A stretch of DNA of 64,000 nucleotides from Eledone cirrhosa (GCA_964016885.1 OZ024741.1:173290001-173354000); one strand, 5' to 3'; shown: positions 12,570 to 25,631, counted from the stretch's first letter. The notes: generated by a model not told the origin, from the sequence alone. Numbers and translations: made by a program.

Positions 12570-12616
12570 GTGTATATATACTTATATATATATATGTGTA
12601 TATATATATAAATATA

Positions 12617-12689
<73 letters not shown>

Positions 12690-12722
12690 GTGTGTATATA
12701 TATACATATATATATATATGTG

Positions 12723-12771
<49 letters not shown>

Positions 12772-12904
12772 ATATATATGTATATATATATATGTGTGTA
12801 TATATGTATATATGTGTGTATTTGTGTATATATATATATATATATGTATGTGTGTATATATGTATGTATGTGTGTATATATATATATGTGTGTATTTGTA
12901 TGTA

Positions 12905-12975
<71 letters not shown>

Positions 12976-13024
12976 ATTTGTATATATGTATAAATATATA
13001 TATATATATGTATATATATATGTA

Positions 13025-14150
13025 TGTGTATGTGTGTATATATAGTCAATTAAGGCCAAAAAGCAGGCTTGGAAAGTATGGCGGGATGGGGGAAGTAGAG
13101 AAGACTATCAAGTGGCCAGGAGGGAAGCTAGGAGACAAGTGTACTTCGCAAGCAGAGGAAAGAAAGTTCAAGCATGTTCTAAAACGCGAGGACCAAAAAT
13201 GTGAGGTGTTCAGGATTGCTAGGCAATGTGTCAAGGAAAACCGTGATATTGTCGGGGAGAAGTGTGTCTTTAATGATGATGGTGCACTTGCCATCACTGG
13301 CGCTGATAAGAAGGTAGCTTGGAAGTGTCACAACGAAAGGCTACCAACTGAGGAGAATAAATGGGAGAAAGACAGTCTCCCCCACATCGATCCAATAGAG
13401 GGACCAGCAGTGCTAGTTGAAGGTAGTATAATAAGTAAGGCAATCAAAAATATGAAGACGGGTAAGGCGGCTGGGCCTTCGGAAATAGTTGCTGAAATGC
13501 TGAAAGCATCTGGAACGGTGGGACACACTATGGTCACCCGGATAGTAAACCATGTCATACAGAATGGGGCCGTTCCGAAGGACTGGCGTAGCAGCATCAT
13601 CATTAACTGCTACAAGGGTAAAGGAGATGCCCTAGATAGGGGTAACTATAGAGGCATTAAATTAATCGACCAGGTCATAAAGGTCACAGAAAAAGTAATA
13701 GCGCAACTAATCAGAGAACGAATTGATCTAGATGAAATGCAGTTCGGGTTTGTGTCGGGTAAAAGTACCACAGACGCTCTTTTCATTGTACGACAACTAC
13801 AGGAGAAGTACCTAGCTAAAAGTAAACCCCTATACTTAGCTTTTGACTTGGCGAAAGCCTTTGACAGAGTCCCCCGCTCCATTATCTGGTGGGCGCTTAG
13901 AAAACTAGGTGTTGATGAATGGCTTATGAGAACTATACAAGCCATGTATAAAGAAACAGTCAGCAAGGTTAGAATTAACAACGAATATAGTGAAGAGTTT
14001 AGCGTAAAAGTTGGTGTTCATCAGGGCTCCGTTCTTAGCCCCCTACTATTTATTATTGCCCTTCAGGCTATAACAGAGGAGCTCAAGACTGGCTGCCCAT
14101 GGGAACTCCTATATGCAGATGATCTAACGCTCATAGCTGAATCAATGGCT
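13025..14150 (+). mobile_element. RTE LINE internal fragment (RT domain to YADD)
   Basis: Homologous to the RTE at 3230-4350: [31 protein letters not shown]. Confidence 0.9.
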
Positions 14151-14329
14151 GAACTTGTTTATAGAATTCTTTCTGCCTTTGTCACTCTAAATATAAATTA
14201 TAGCTTTAAAGAATTAGCTTTTAATGAATTTCCTTTTCTATCAACCAATGAACTCTACCCATCCCACTCCCCCACCCTCTCCTACCACCTGAAAAGACCT
14301 ATATATACCACTTTTATTTTTGGATACCC

Positions 14330-14380
14330 AGATTCCTGATCATTTCTAAAGAATGAAACAGTTCTAGTCCTGTAGAATCT
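14330..14380 (+). ncRNA. Hammerhead in downstream pseudo-LTR, core mutated (G8C)
   Basis: agattc-CTGATCA-tttctaaagaat-GAAA-cag ttctagtc ctg-TA-gaatct. Confidence 0.7.
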
Positions 14381-14466
14381 CATCTATATTAAAACTTTTA
14401 TACTCTGCTATGTATTGGGTACCTTACTTACTGTGGTTACCTCCGATTCAACCCGGAATAATGTAC

Positions 14467-14514
<48 letters not shown>

Positions 14515-15033
14515 GTATATATATATGTATATATATATATATGTATATATATCATCATTCATCATTTCATTTTACGTCCACTTTTTCCCTGCTTGCAAGG
14601 GTGGGACGGGAACTGATTCTGGCTTGATTTCTACAGCTGGATACCCTTCTTACAACACCAACGACATTTTACAGTGAGTGCTGGGTGCATTTACAGTGAG
14701 TGCTGGGTGCTTTTTTGCCGCGGCACCTCCACGACCCCAGTCCCTATCATCTCATTTCTACAACTGAGTAAACTGGAGCAATGCGAAATAAACAACACAT
14801 CACCCGGTCTGAGAATTGAACTCACAACCTTTCGATTGCAAGGCCAATGCTCTAACCACTAAGCCATGTGCCGTATATAATATATATAATATATATAATA
14901 TATATTGAAGATCCCCGAAGGTGAAACAATTGTTCTCGGTATGGTGAGCTAACGGTTGTGTAACCACTTCTATATATATATATATATATGTATATATTAT
15001 TACATCACCAGGCAATTGATGGTAAAAATTGTT

Positions 15034-15233
15034 NNNNNNNNNNNNNNNNNNNNNNNNNNNNNNNNNNNNNNNNNNNNNNNNNNNNNNNNNNNNNNNNNNN
15101 NNNNNNNNNNNNNNNNNNNNNNNNNNNNNNNNNNNNNNNNNNNNNNNNNNNNNNNNNNNNNNNNNNNNNNNNNNNNNNNNNNNNNNNNNNNNNNNNNNNN
15201 NNNNNNNNNNNNNNNNNNNNNNNNNNNNNNNNN
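15034..15233. other. Assembly gap (200 N)
   Basis: Run of N. Confidence 1.
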
Positions 15234-15764
15234 CGGCCGTTTCAACAGCTAGATCCGAATACATATATATATACATATATATATATATTTATATATATAT
15301 ATATATATATTGCATTCCCACACAACATCGTTTTTACCACTATCCAACTCATTGTGTGCGTTCTGTGACTGCAGAAGACATACGTAGGCTGGAGAGAAAT
15401 GAAGCAATCATGGTACTTTAGATGTGCAATGTAAATGAGCCTTTTCATAGAGAGAGAGAGAGAAAGAGAGAGCGGGGGCAGGGCCAATTTCAACTCAGAG
15501 TGCAAGGTGCCAGAATAAAAACTAAAAAGCATTCTATCTGCCACCCCAACAATTCTGCCAATTTACTGCCTATGAACTAAAATATAATCATTGATAAAGA
15601 ATTTCCTACCTCTATGTCAGTAAAAATTAGCTTCAATGTTACCAGAAGCTAAGTGACTGATTGCGATAATTATTGCAGTAATAAGGTAATAGTTTTTCAT
15701 TTAGACATAAGGCCAACAATTTAGGAGATGGGTATGTCGATTAAATTGATGACAGTATTTGATT

Positions 15765-15946
15765 AGTGGATTGGCAGTATCGGTAGAGGGTCGGATGCCA
15801 TGCTTTCAAGCATAGTTACGTCCCTTTACGATCTGAGTTCAAATCCCGCCGAGGTTGACTTTGCCTTTCATCCTTACGGGGGTCGATAAAATAAAGTACC
15901 AGTAATGCACTGGGTAATTGCTGGCCTTGTGCCAAAAGTAGAAACA
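15765..15946 (+). mobile_element. Young tRNA-derived SINE with 11-bp TSD (AGTATTTGATT), inserted into an older antisense SINE
   Basis: A-box tggcagtatcgg, B-box gagttcaaatccc, body gcctttcatccttacggggtcgataaaataaagtacc, end gtgccaaaagtagaaaca. Confidence 0.88.
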
Positions 15947-16581
15947 AGTATTTGATTGGTACTATTTTATCAAGCTTTTTAGGACAAAAGTGATATTTGA
16001 ACTCAGAACATTAAAGATCAGACCAAATACTTTAAAGCATTTGGTCTGATGCTCTAATGATTCCACCAATCCACCACACATGCTGGTATGAATTGGAGGG
16101 ATGTCTTGAGACAATATTTTACAGGTGATACCTTTCCTGATACCAACACTTCTGTCACCTCTTCTGACATGTAAGGATACAGTGTACTTATTGTAACAGC
16201 CGAACTCGACATGTAAAGGACTGGAACAAATACCATTAAATATTTTCTGATAATCTAATGATTCTGCCAACCCATTGCCCTATTGTACTAATAAATTTAT
16301 TCTTTCTAACTATTGGCGCAAGGCCAACAATTTGTGTGAAGGGTAAAGTCAATCATATTGACTCCAGTAGTTAACTGGTACTTTATTTTATAGACTTTGG
16401 AAGGATAAAATGCTAAGTTGACTTCAGCAGAATTTCGACTCAGAATGTAGAAAGTCATAAAGCATTTTGTCCGAGGTACTATTATGCAAATAGGTTAATG
16501 AAAATAATATAAATAATAAATAACTGAAAAAAATATTGAATAAATGAGAAGTTTTAAGAATGTTCCATTGATATTTCACAG

Positions 16582-16797
16582 GTCATTAGGGAATTAACAG
16601 GTAACAAAACTCTTGATAAGTTCAGAATTGAGTATGAAAAACTACACCACGCCCTGAGGAAATCCCATGAAAATGAAAAAAGGTTGATGTTAAAATGTCG
16701 TGAATTAAATGCGGAGATGATAGCCCAAGGGTCTAAAGTATCGCAATTGGTGGCTCTATCTGAAGAAGACCAAACTAACATTGCTTCACTAAAGAAG
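16582..16797 (+). CDS. CFAP58: CFAP58 exon (first visible): VIRELTGNKTLDKFRIEYEKLH...IASLKK
   Basis: cag|...|gta; resembles the recalled CFAP58 N-terminal region (FRIEYERLH...NEKRLMAKCRELNAEI). Confidence 0.9.
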
Positions 16798-17499
16798 GTA
16801 ATAATACTTTCATTTTAAATTTTATTCTGTTAATTTAACACTCCCTTCTCCCCATTCTCCTACCAACAAGTATCTTTCTTCAACCCTAGGCTCAGTTTGA
16901 CCAAAGCTTTGTAAACAGAATTTGGTAATTTAGCAGGTGGAAACTGTGTGGAAGCCTGTCAGATCATAAATATATTATGGCTTTTATGGCAAATGTGAGG
17001 AGTATTCAATATCATAGTAGAGTTCAATAATATTTTATTAAGATTAATCCAGAAGCCTGTTACTCTCTGACACAATCATGTCACCATTGATCTCTGCATA
17101 ACCATCCTCAGCTATTTTTAAAATGTTTTATTTTCCTTTCTGTTATTAATCAGTTATAACTTTCACAAATTAAATGAAATACAGTTTATTTCATTAGAAA
17201 TATAGTCATGAAAGGGTTTAAAAAAATTACAGATCACATCAGGTTTAGCTCGCCCCCATAAGTTTGTATCTTATAAGAGGTTTCTTGGGTATTTTAATGA
17301 CAGGGCCTCAATCCTATCATAAAAAGCAAAAATGAAATGAAGCCTCTTACTCAAGAACACAACACTGCTGATTCAGGAATCGAGCCCACACCCTAACCTC
17401 TAGGCCATGCATCTTCTCAAATGGTTTAATGTATTGTTAATATATTCATTGCTGTTATAGTGTTGTAAACAATGTGTAGATTTCATTAATATATTGTAG

Positions 17500-17648
17500 G
17501 AAGTTGAAAAGGCTTGGAAACTAGTTGATCAAAACCAGGAGAAGGAACTCACCTATAAAGACACAATAGAAAATCTGAAAAATGAGATAGAAAACATATC
17601 ATCAGCATTAGAACGAGGAAATGCATTGGATGTTAATGAAGAACACAA
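17500..17648 (+). CDS. CFAP58: CFAP58 exon: EVEKAWKLVD...DVNEEH
   Basis: tag|...|gtaagt; phase 0 to 2. Confidence 0.9.
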
Positions 17649-17760
17649 GTAAGTTAATGTTAAAAGCAAAATCAGAATTGCAAATAAGGCTAATCAGCTG
17701 ATGTATACTTTAGAAAATACTATATATTTTCAATAGTTTAATCGAGTAGCAGAGAGGTAT

Positions 17761-17803
17761 ACAGTCCTGATGAAAGGAAATGACCCAGAAACATGTTGGC
17801 TGT
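17761..17803 (+). ncRNA. Minimal type I hammerhead motif in CFAP58 intron, sense strand
   Basis: acagtc-CTGATGA-aaggaaatgaccca-GAAA-catg-TT-ggctgt; stem I extends through gagg/cctc and agtagc/gctact; stem II weak. Confidence 0.65.
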
Positions 17804-17899
17804 TCCTCGATGCTACTGTTGAACAAACGGATGATGATAGTCATCAAAAGCAAAGCATGGCATAGTGAGGCTATTTGCTTGTAAACGAATTGAATATTA

Positions 17900-18078
17900 T
17901 GGCAGTATCGGTAGAGTGTCGAACAACATGCTTTGCAGCATAGAGTTACGGCGCTTTACGGTTTGAGTTCAAATCCCGCCGAGGTTAACTTTGCCTTTCA
18001 TCCTTATGGGGTCGATAAAATAAAGTACCAGTAATGCACTGGGATAATTGCTGGTCCTGTGCCAAAAGTAGAAACAAT
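17900..18078 (+). mobile_element. Young tRNA-derived SINE copy
   Basis: Same family as 15765-15946. Confidence 0.85.
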
Positions 18079-18629
18079 TATTATTATTCGATATAACCCA
18101 TATTTACATTTACGTTAATGTTAAAAGTCTGAATTCAACATAACAGCACATCAGACTGCGGCTTTCCTGGTTTCGTAAGCATTAATCCTTTTGATACAAA
18201 ACCATCCAAAACTACATCTGGCTCTATGATACAAAACTGTTTGTTATAAAATGTTTATAATTATCTAAAAATTGTCAACTATAATTTCATATAAGAACCT
18301 TCATTAAGTTATGTTCCAAACACCAGCTTAATAATGATAAAGCTGGTTATTTTACTAATTCCCTCCAAGTTCTTGATCATTTTCAAAATTATTTGAAAAT
18401 CATTGGCAATGTCTTTCATTAGAAATATGTTAACAGAAGGGTTAAATAACTAATGGAACACCATTATGTTGTATAATTAACCCACCAGTTGCAGCTGGTA
18501 CTCAGTCTTTCAGCTCATAGGTTGGTGATATGCCTTTAATTGATGGCATGTCATCAACTGACTTTTAGCTAGATGTTTATGTTTATTTATTCATCCCTTA
18601 GTCAGAGGAAGACAGACAGGTAACCTTGA

Positions 18630-19030
18630 CTTGACTCTTTTCAGAGTCCTCAAGATTGGTGTAAACAAGGGAGGAAGTTGTCCTCAGAGAGGGGGACAAA
18701 AAGGTCCCCTTCATCTTTTTCAGGGTTGTCAGGTCTATTGTGAACAAGAGAGGAGGATAAAAAGGCCTCCTTGACCTTTTTCAGGGTTGTCAAGTCTGGT
18801 GTGAACAAGAGAAGAGGTTATCCTCAGACAGGATGTTAATGGGGCCTCCTTAACCCTTTTGAGGGTTGTCAACTCTGGTTTGAACAAGAGACGAGGTTAT
18901 CCTCAGAGAGGAAGATAAAAAGGCCTTCTTGACCCTTTTCAGGGTTGTCAAGTCTGGCGTGAACAAGGGAGAAGGTTTTCCACAGAGACAAGGATAAAAA
19001 GGCATGCCAACCCTTTTCAGTGTCCCCAAC
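18630..19030. repeat. Degenerate minisatellite, ~60-80-nt unit
   Basis: About 5 repeats of ctttttcagggttgtcaagtctggtgtgaacaag...gttatcctcagaga. Confidence 0.8.
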
Positions 19031-19544
19031 ATGGGTTATCCTTGAACTGAAGATCAGACCTGAACAATTGCAAGTAAATGAATCTCTGCCAGTTTCAACT
19101 ATAAGTGTTCCAGTTGTTTGGTCAATGGGACAGCCTGCTTGTTAGATCAATGTGTATGTAAGTGTGTGTGAGTTTGTGTGTGTTGTGTGTGTGTCTGAGT
19201 GAGTGTGTGCATGTGTGTGTGTTTGCGTGTGTGTGTGTGAGTGTGTGTGTGCGTGTGTTGTGTGTGCGCGTGTGTGTGTCTGACTCTGTGTGTCTGAGTG
19301 TGTGTGTGAATGTGTCTGTGTGTGTATATGCCTGTGTTTATGTCCCATAACATTAGTAGTTTGACAGAAAGAGATCAACAAAATAAGTACCAGACTTGAA
19401 AAAATAAGTATTGCGCTTGATATGATAAATTTTCCGGCAGTGTCCTATCATGTCTACAGTCTAATAACTGAAAAATAGTAAATGAATATAAACATAAAAC
19501 AATAAGTATTACGTTTCAGTGAAAATATATTTCTCTTTCATAGT

Positions 19545-20200
19545 CCACCTTGTACGGTGGTCATACTGATGCTCCACAAAAGTACCCAGTTCACCTTTTA
19601 AAGTGGTCATACTGGTGCTACAACAAAAAGTACCCAGTCCATCCTGTAAAGTGGTCATACTGGTGCTCCACAAAAAGTACCCAGTTCACTCTGCAAAGTG
19701 GTCATACTGGTGTTACAACAAAAAGTACCCAGTCCATCCTGTAAAGTGGTCATACTGGTGCTCCACAAAAAGTACCCAGTTCACCTTGTAAGGCAGTCCT
19801 ACTGGTGCCACAACAAAGAGTACCCAGTTCACCTTGTAAGGCAGTCCTACTGGTGCCACAACAAAGAGTACCCAGTCCACCCTGTAAGGTGGTCATGCTG
19901 GTGCTACAACAAAAAGTACCCAGTTCACCCTGTAAGGTGATCATACTAGTGCCACAACAAAAAGCAGTGAGTCCACCCTTTAAGGTGATGCTGCTGGTGC
20001 CACACATTCACAAAAAAAATCCCAGTACACCCTGCTATCTAGTTGGAGTTAGAAAGGGCATCCAGCCCTAGAAAACCAAGCCAAAATCAGATTGTATGAG
20101 CAAAACATTGTAACCTAACTTGTCTGGTCTTATAATGTGACAACCAACCATGCAAGCATTTAAAATAGATATTAAACAGTGCTGACAATGATGATGATGA
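19545..20200 (+). repeat. Tandem array of a ~47-48-nt unit followed by an RTE-type 3' end
   Basis: About 10 units of gtacccagt(t/c)cacc(t/c)tgtaa(a/g)gtggtcatactggtgc..caacaaaaa, then gggcatccagc...catgcaagcat...attaaa-(GAT)n. Confidence 0.85.
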
Positions 20201-22655
20201 GTGCTTGATTAAAATAAGAATTTAAAATTTAGATTTTGCTGAATGAAAATTTTAAAAAACAGAAACAAAAATTTAATATATAGAAATTAATGTTTGTTTG
20301 AAATATATTTTTGATTTCTCAATGATCAAATTTAGTCTTTTGTTGTAGAAGTTATGATTAACTTTAAAAAAAACTTCTAGAAACAAAGTTTTAATTTCTC
20401 TTTCAAAAACTGTTTATCAAATTCTGTATGTTATACAAACATCTTCAAATGTAAGGCATAATCAAATTGAGAAAAATATTTCAAATTGTAGCAAATTGGT
20501 AAAATTATGACAAGAAAAATGTAATATAAAAAAAAAAACGAAAAATTAAATGAAATAAGCAATAAAAATTATATTTTTTATATAAAATAGTAATTTTATT
20601 TACATTTACATCTGCTGCAAGCCACAGATTTATAAGGAGAATGTTTAGTTGGTTTAGTTGACCTCCACAAATTACTGGTATATGTTTTAATAACCCTGGG
20701 TTTTTTTTTTATGGGTTTTAACAAATTATTGGCCATTATTGTTGCTGTCATTGTTGCTGTCATCCTTATCATAATCACCATCATTATCATCGCATTTTTA
20801 CCATCATTTCTGTTATCATTACGAGGTTAACTTTGCCTTTCATCCTTACCAGGTCGATAAAATAAAGTACCAGTAATGAACTGGGTAATTGCTGGCCTTG
20901 TGCCAAAAGTAGAAACAATTATCAATATCACCATCATCACCATCATCATTGTTACTAACATTGTTGGTGTCATCACCATCATCATCATTATGCATACATA
21001 CATACACACATACATACCTCCTCTATAAAGTGATCCCCCCCTGGAGCCATGACAAAAGAGCCCAGCCCAAACTATAGTGGGCATGTAGGTGTTATGGCAA
21101 GAAGCACCCAGTCCACACTGTAAAGTGGTTGTGTAGGTGTCATGACAAAAAACACCCAGTCCATGCTGTAAAGAGGTTGTGTAGGCGACATGACAAAAAG
21201 CACCCAACACACACTGTAAATGTGGTTGGCGTCAGGAAGGGCAACCAGCTGTAGAAACCAAGCCGAAATCATTCTGAGTGAGCAAATTCATGGTCCCCCG
21301 ACCTGATCCCTCACAAAGGGTCAGCCCATCCTACCCATGTTAGTGTGGAATATGGATATTAAACGAGGATGAAGATGATGATGATGGTTATGATGATACA
21401 TACATATATTCATCAACTGCATCTTGGTTTCAAGCTTTGCCATCCCTTGACCTTTTTCTTATACATGGTTGGCATGAATGTGACTTTTAGCCCTTCCAAG
21501 GACTTAGATTCCTTTCTGTATATGCTGCAGCAAAAGAAAAAAGAAAAAGCAATGCTCACACAACACATGTGAAAGTCATTTAGATCAAAAGATGCCTGTA
21601 TTTGAAGCTTTTTTAAGTAAAGAACTGCCTTGCACTGGACTAATCTCATTCTCTGAACAACAGTGACAAGCATCCAAAAAGAAGAGCAGGTCAACATCAT
21701 TGGCTGCCATTGAGTCACAAGATTTACATCAGAGTTTTTCTTCACCTTGAATGATGTCCTAACAAGAACTAAGGGTCTCTCACTCCCAGTGTGTTAACCA
21801 TGTGCTTGGGCACCAAAACGAGTATTTCCATGTCTTTGCACATACATATATACATGTGTAGCAAAATCTCTACATTTTTCCTACAAAGGTTTTTCTTAGA
21901 CTACCTCATATGACCACCAAAAAACTGACCTATGATCTCAGAACCACAAATTTAGATAATCTTCTCTCGTAGGAGGCTCATGGTGCCAGAGTGTCTGAAA
22001 AGAGGATATTTGAAAAGGCCATCTGTTTAATGTTTTGGGGCAACATAATCCTTATTTATACAAGAGATTCCCTCCCCCCTCCTAAAAAAAAAAATAGTCT
22101 GCTTTTCGACTCTGCAACAGAAAGACAGCTTGTTTGGGCTGGCTCGCAATGTAGCCACACACACTCAGACACATACACTCACTAGCCAGCCCTGCTGGGA
22201 TCGGCACTAGCTGAGTTTGTTACCAGGTTAGTATAATTTACTACTTTGGAATTCTACATTCGCACACATAACACACTGCATCTTTACATGTACTCTTTTC
22301 TGTTCTTCATTGCTACACATGATTTCGAAATAAGTCATGTTATGAATAAAAACATTAAAATAAGCAGTGTCTTGTTCATTTGTTAATTCTTATCCTTGTG
22401 ATATGAGAAAATCATCTTCCCCAGAGTAATATCACTTCACACCACAACAAGCAAGTACAACTACTTGTTTCCTCTAACGTGGCAAAACTTCTCTCAACTC
22501 TCTAAGACCAAAAGACCAACTTCACTTACTTGCAATTATTTGACCAACAAGCTCCTCACTCATCAACTTCACACTTCATCACTACCACTACAAATGAATA
22601 AATCCATCACGCAACCAACTCATTACCAATCCAACTTTTTATCAACACCCCTGCT

Positions 22656-22696
<41 letters not shown>

Positions 22697-23487
22697 CATA
22701 TACATACATTCATTTATTCATTCAGTCATTCAGTCATTCTTTTAATGGTTTCAGTAATTAGACTACAGCTATGCTGGGACACTGCCTTGAAGAGATGTAA
22801 TAAATCATATCAACCCAGTACTTATTTTTTTCAAGTCTTTTTGTCCTAAGTTATAGGACATAAACAAAGAGCATGTCAACACACATATACTCACACACAC
22901 AAGGACAGACACAAACACATACATAGTAAGTCAAACAGCCATATACAGGCTTCAGTCGTTATTGGCTCTACATGGAAAGTGTTAGAATGTTTTATTAATT
23001 GTTTACCCTTTGTTTTATATTTTATATGAATAAATTTTCTCCTGAAAGCAATTTTTTATCTAATTTAATGACTTAATAAAATTAAAGTGATAGAGGTTAT
23101 GGGGTCTGTGTATTTTCTTTTTTGAAAATCATTTAAGGTTTAAAAACAGTCTAAAGTCTGTCTCGAGCTCTGAGGCTCATGATTCTAGTGCTTTTCCCAG
23201 TTTCCATGGTATGAAGCAACTGCGAGTTCAAGACCCCCCCCCCCCCCCTGGCCAGGACACCAGTCCATCACAAGGTTAAACCTCCAGCTATTGCTGGCAC
23301 TCATTTTCAGCTGAGTATACTGGAGCAATGTGAAATGAAGTGTTTTGCTCAAGAACACAACACACAACCGAATCCAGGAATTGACCCTACTACATTATGA
23401 TTGTAAGTCTAACACCCTTTCCACTAGGCTTAGGGCAAAATAAGTTTCAGAACCACTAGTCTGATCATTTCTTTTACTTGTTTTTAG

Positions 23488-23644
23488 AATGCAAGAAATA
23501 TATAAACTTAAAGAATCTCATGAAATTGAACGAGAGGAATTGCTTTACCAAATTACTACATTGCAGTGTGAGTTGTCAGATGTATCTAAGTGTAGAAACA
23601 TTGTTGAAGAGAAAAATTCTGAACTGGAAGAAAAAATTTCTGAA
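23488..23644 (+). CDS. CFAP58: CFAP58 exon: MQEIYKLKE...EEKISE
   Basis: tttttag|...|gtaagg; phase 2 to 0. Confidence 0.87.
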
Positions 23645-24722
23645 GTAAGGCTCTATCCTTTCTTTCTTTCTTTTTTTTTTTTTTGCCATTCATTCTTCAT
23701 GCAAAAAGGTTCAATTACTCAGAGAATTTGTTGAAGTTATAGAAATTTTATAGAATTATCTCATATTGTTGTGTTTATTAACAGAAATATTTTAAAAACT
23801 GAATCATCATCATCATCACTGTTTTATGTTCATTTTCCATGCTGTCGTGGATTGAATGAATTGTTCTGTTCTGGGGTTAAACAGGTGAGATGACCATGTC
23901 TAGATGCCTTTCCTAATGCCAAATACTTTACAGCTTGAACTGGATGCATTTTATGATGACATCACCACTGTCACTTTACAGAGTGGACAAAGAACATTTT
24001 ATCATGTGTACTGGGTGTGTTTTATCTTGTGCAGAGTACATTGAGAGCATTTTATCATGGCACCAGCACTACTACTTTACAGAGGGGAATGTAAATGCAT
24101 AAGAGATGAGAGATTACAACAATGAGGTTCTCTTGTTATAAGTTCAAACTTGACTGCCTTGTGCCCCATGGCCAAGGTACATAAATCTGTTTGGTTTGCC
24201 ATAGTTAGCATTGCAGACAAAATGTTCTACTTCAACTACTTAGCTTAACTTTTAACACACTATAATGAGTGAGCAGGGAAATATCTGAGAACTGATTTGT
24301 TAATTCAAATATTTATAGTATATTTACTAGTGGACAGATTGTGAAAATTTGCAGTATTAGAGAAATGACTTTAATTTATAATGTGACACAGTCATAATGC
24401 TATTTTGTACTTTTCAAGAATGTTTGCTAATGTGGTTTCATGTGGTTTATTAATTCAAATGTTCATGTTATCTTTACTGCTAGACAGATTGTTGAGAAAA
24501 TTTTGAAATATTAGTGAAAAGAAATTAATTTTTACTGTGATGCAGTAATTGTAATACTGTTTTTTACTTTTCAAGAATGTCTTACTAATGTGGTTTAATG
24601 TGGTACAGGACGTTAATAGTTAAATAAACTGAAATTGATAATTTTGATATTATATTATAGGGGAATATTGATAATTTAAATATTATAGGATTCTATTCAA
24701 TTTCATTTTATTTCTATTTCAG

Positions 24723-24917
24723 CTGTCTCATGACATACAGGTGAAAACATCTGAAGCTCAGCGAGAATCTCGTCAGAAGGACAAACTAGAACGTGAGATG
24801 AAACTAACGAAGGAGGAATTAGAAACAGCATCAAGTGAGCTGAAACGTGTCCAGTTTTTGAAAGATAAATATAAAGACGAGATTACTGATAAAGAAAATC
24901 ATTTGGAAGAAATGAAA
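24723..24917 (+). CDS. CFAP58: CFAP58 exon: LSHDIQVKTSEAQRESRQKDKLE...EEMK
   Basis: ttcag|...|gtaagt; 195 nt. Confidence 0.88.
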
Positions 24918-24974
24918 GTAAGTTGACAGTGATACACAACGGAGCTTTAAGAAGTTCATGCTGTAACACTTTAA

Positions 24975-25280
24975 CCCTTTAGCATTTGCATTACTCTGTT
25001 GACTTTGCCTTTCATCCTTACGGGGTCGATAAAATAAAGTACCAGTAATGCACTGGGTAATTGCTGGCCTTGTGCCTAAAGTAGAAACAATTACTCTATA
25101 TTTACTATTGTATTTTTGAAGTAAAGGCTTTACCTCATATAGTTATCTCACATAATATCTAATCTATGAGAATTTGAGATTATTTATTTTGTGAACAATA
25201 CCTTAACATTGCTATAAGTGGCCGGTTGCGGCTGGTTTGAACAGAAAGAGGTGAAAGAACTTTGGCCGGAGATTGGTTAA
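24975..25280 (+). mobile_element. TTAA-CCCTTTAGC MITE carrying a 5'-truncated SINE (24998-25089, TSD ATTACTCT)
   Basis: Same family as 49017-49236 and 62873-63098. Confidence 0.75.
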
Positions 25281-25631
25281 TTAATAATTTTTGTCAGGTG
25301 TCTCCGTTGAATTTTAAAAAAAAAACAGAATTAGTCGTTAAGTTTACAGTGTAGCAGAACCTGGGTTAGTCGCAGACTGCACAAGGTAGCCTCTGAGTAT
25401 TTACGATTATATTTCGTTAAAATTGAAACAGTCATAGAAGTTAATAAAATGGTTTGAAGTATTATCTTTGTTTTTTTTTTCTTCTTTCTTTTTTAATAAA
25501 AATGGTCAACAAACATTAAATGAAGGACTTAAAATATGATGTAGAGTAAAATATTTCTTTTCAAAATGTAATATATATCATCATCATCGTCATCATCGTC
25601 ATCACTATTATTACCAGCATCAACACCACCA

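Larger units (their letters stand above)
9310..14467 (+). mobile_element. Penelope-like retroelement with direct pseudo-LTRs (~9563-9878 and 14151-14467), interrupted by an RTE fragment
   Basis: RT + GIY-YIG ORF between two ~315-nt direct repeats that each contain an HHR motif; ~195-nt tandem duplication at 9320-9650. Confidence 0.88.

Noticed and set aside
12666-14339. 557-aa ORF as a gene
   Set aside because: Accidental fusion of microsatellite, RTE fragment and pseudo-LTR
14905-14933. TTGAAGA...GAAA-caattg-TT as a functional HHR
   Set aside because: The 5' stem I strand is replaced by TA repeat; counted only as a remnant
15765-15850. tRNA gene
   Set aside because: A and B boxes are present but no cloverleaf; it is the head of a multi-copy SINE with TSDs
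16544-16581. Nearby ATG as the CFAP58 start
   Set aside because: Out of frame with the exon at 16582
19545-20010. CRISPR-like array
   Set aside because: Units are contiguous with no unique spacers, there are no cas genes, and the context is a eukaryotic intron
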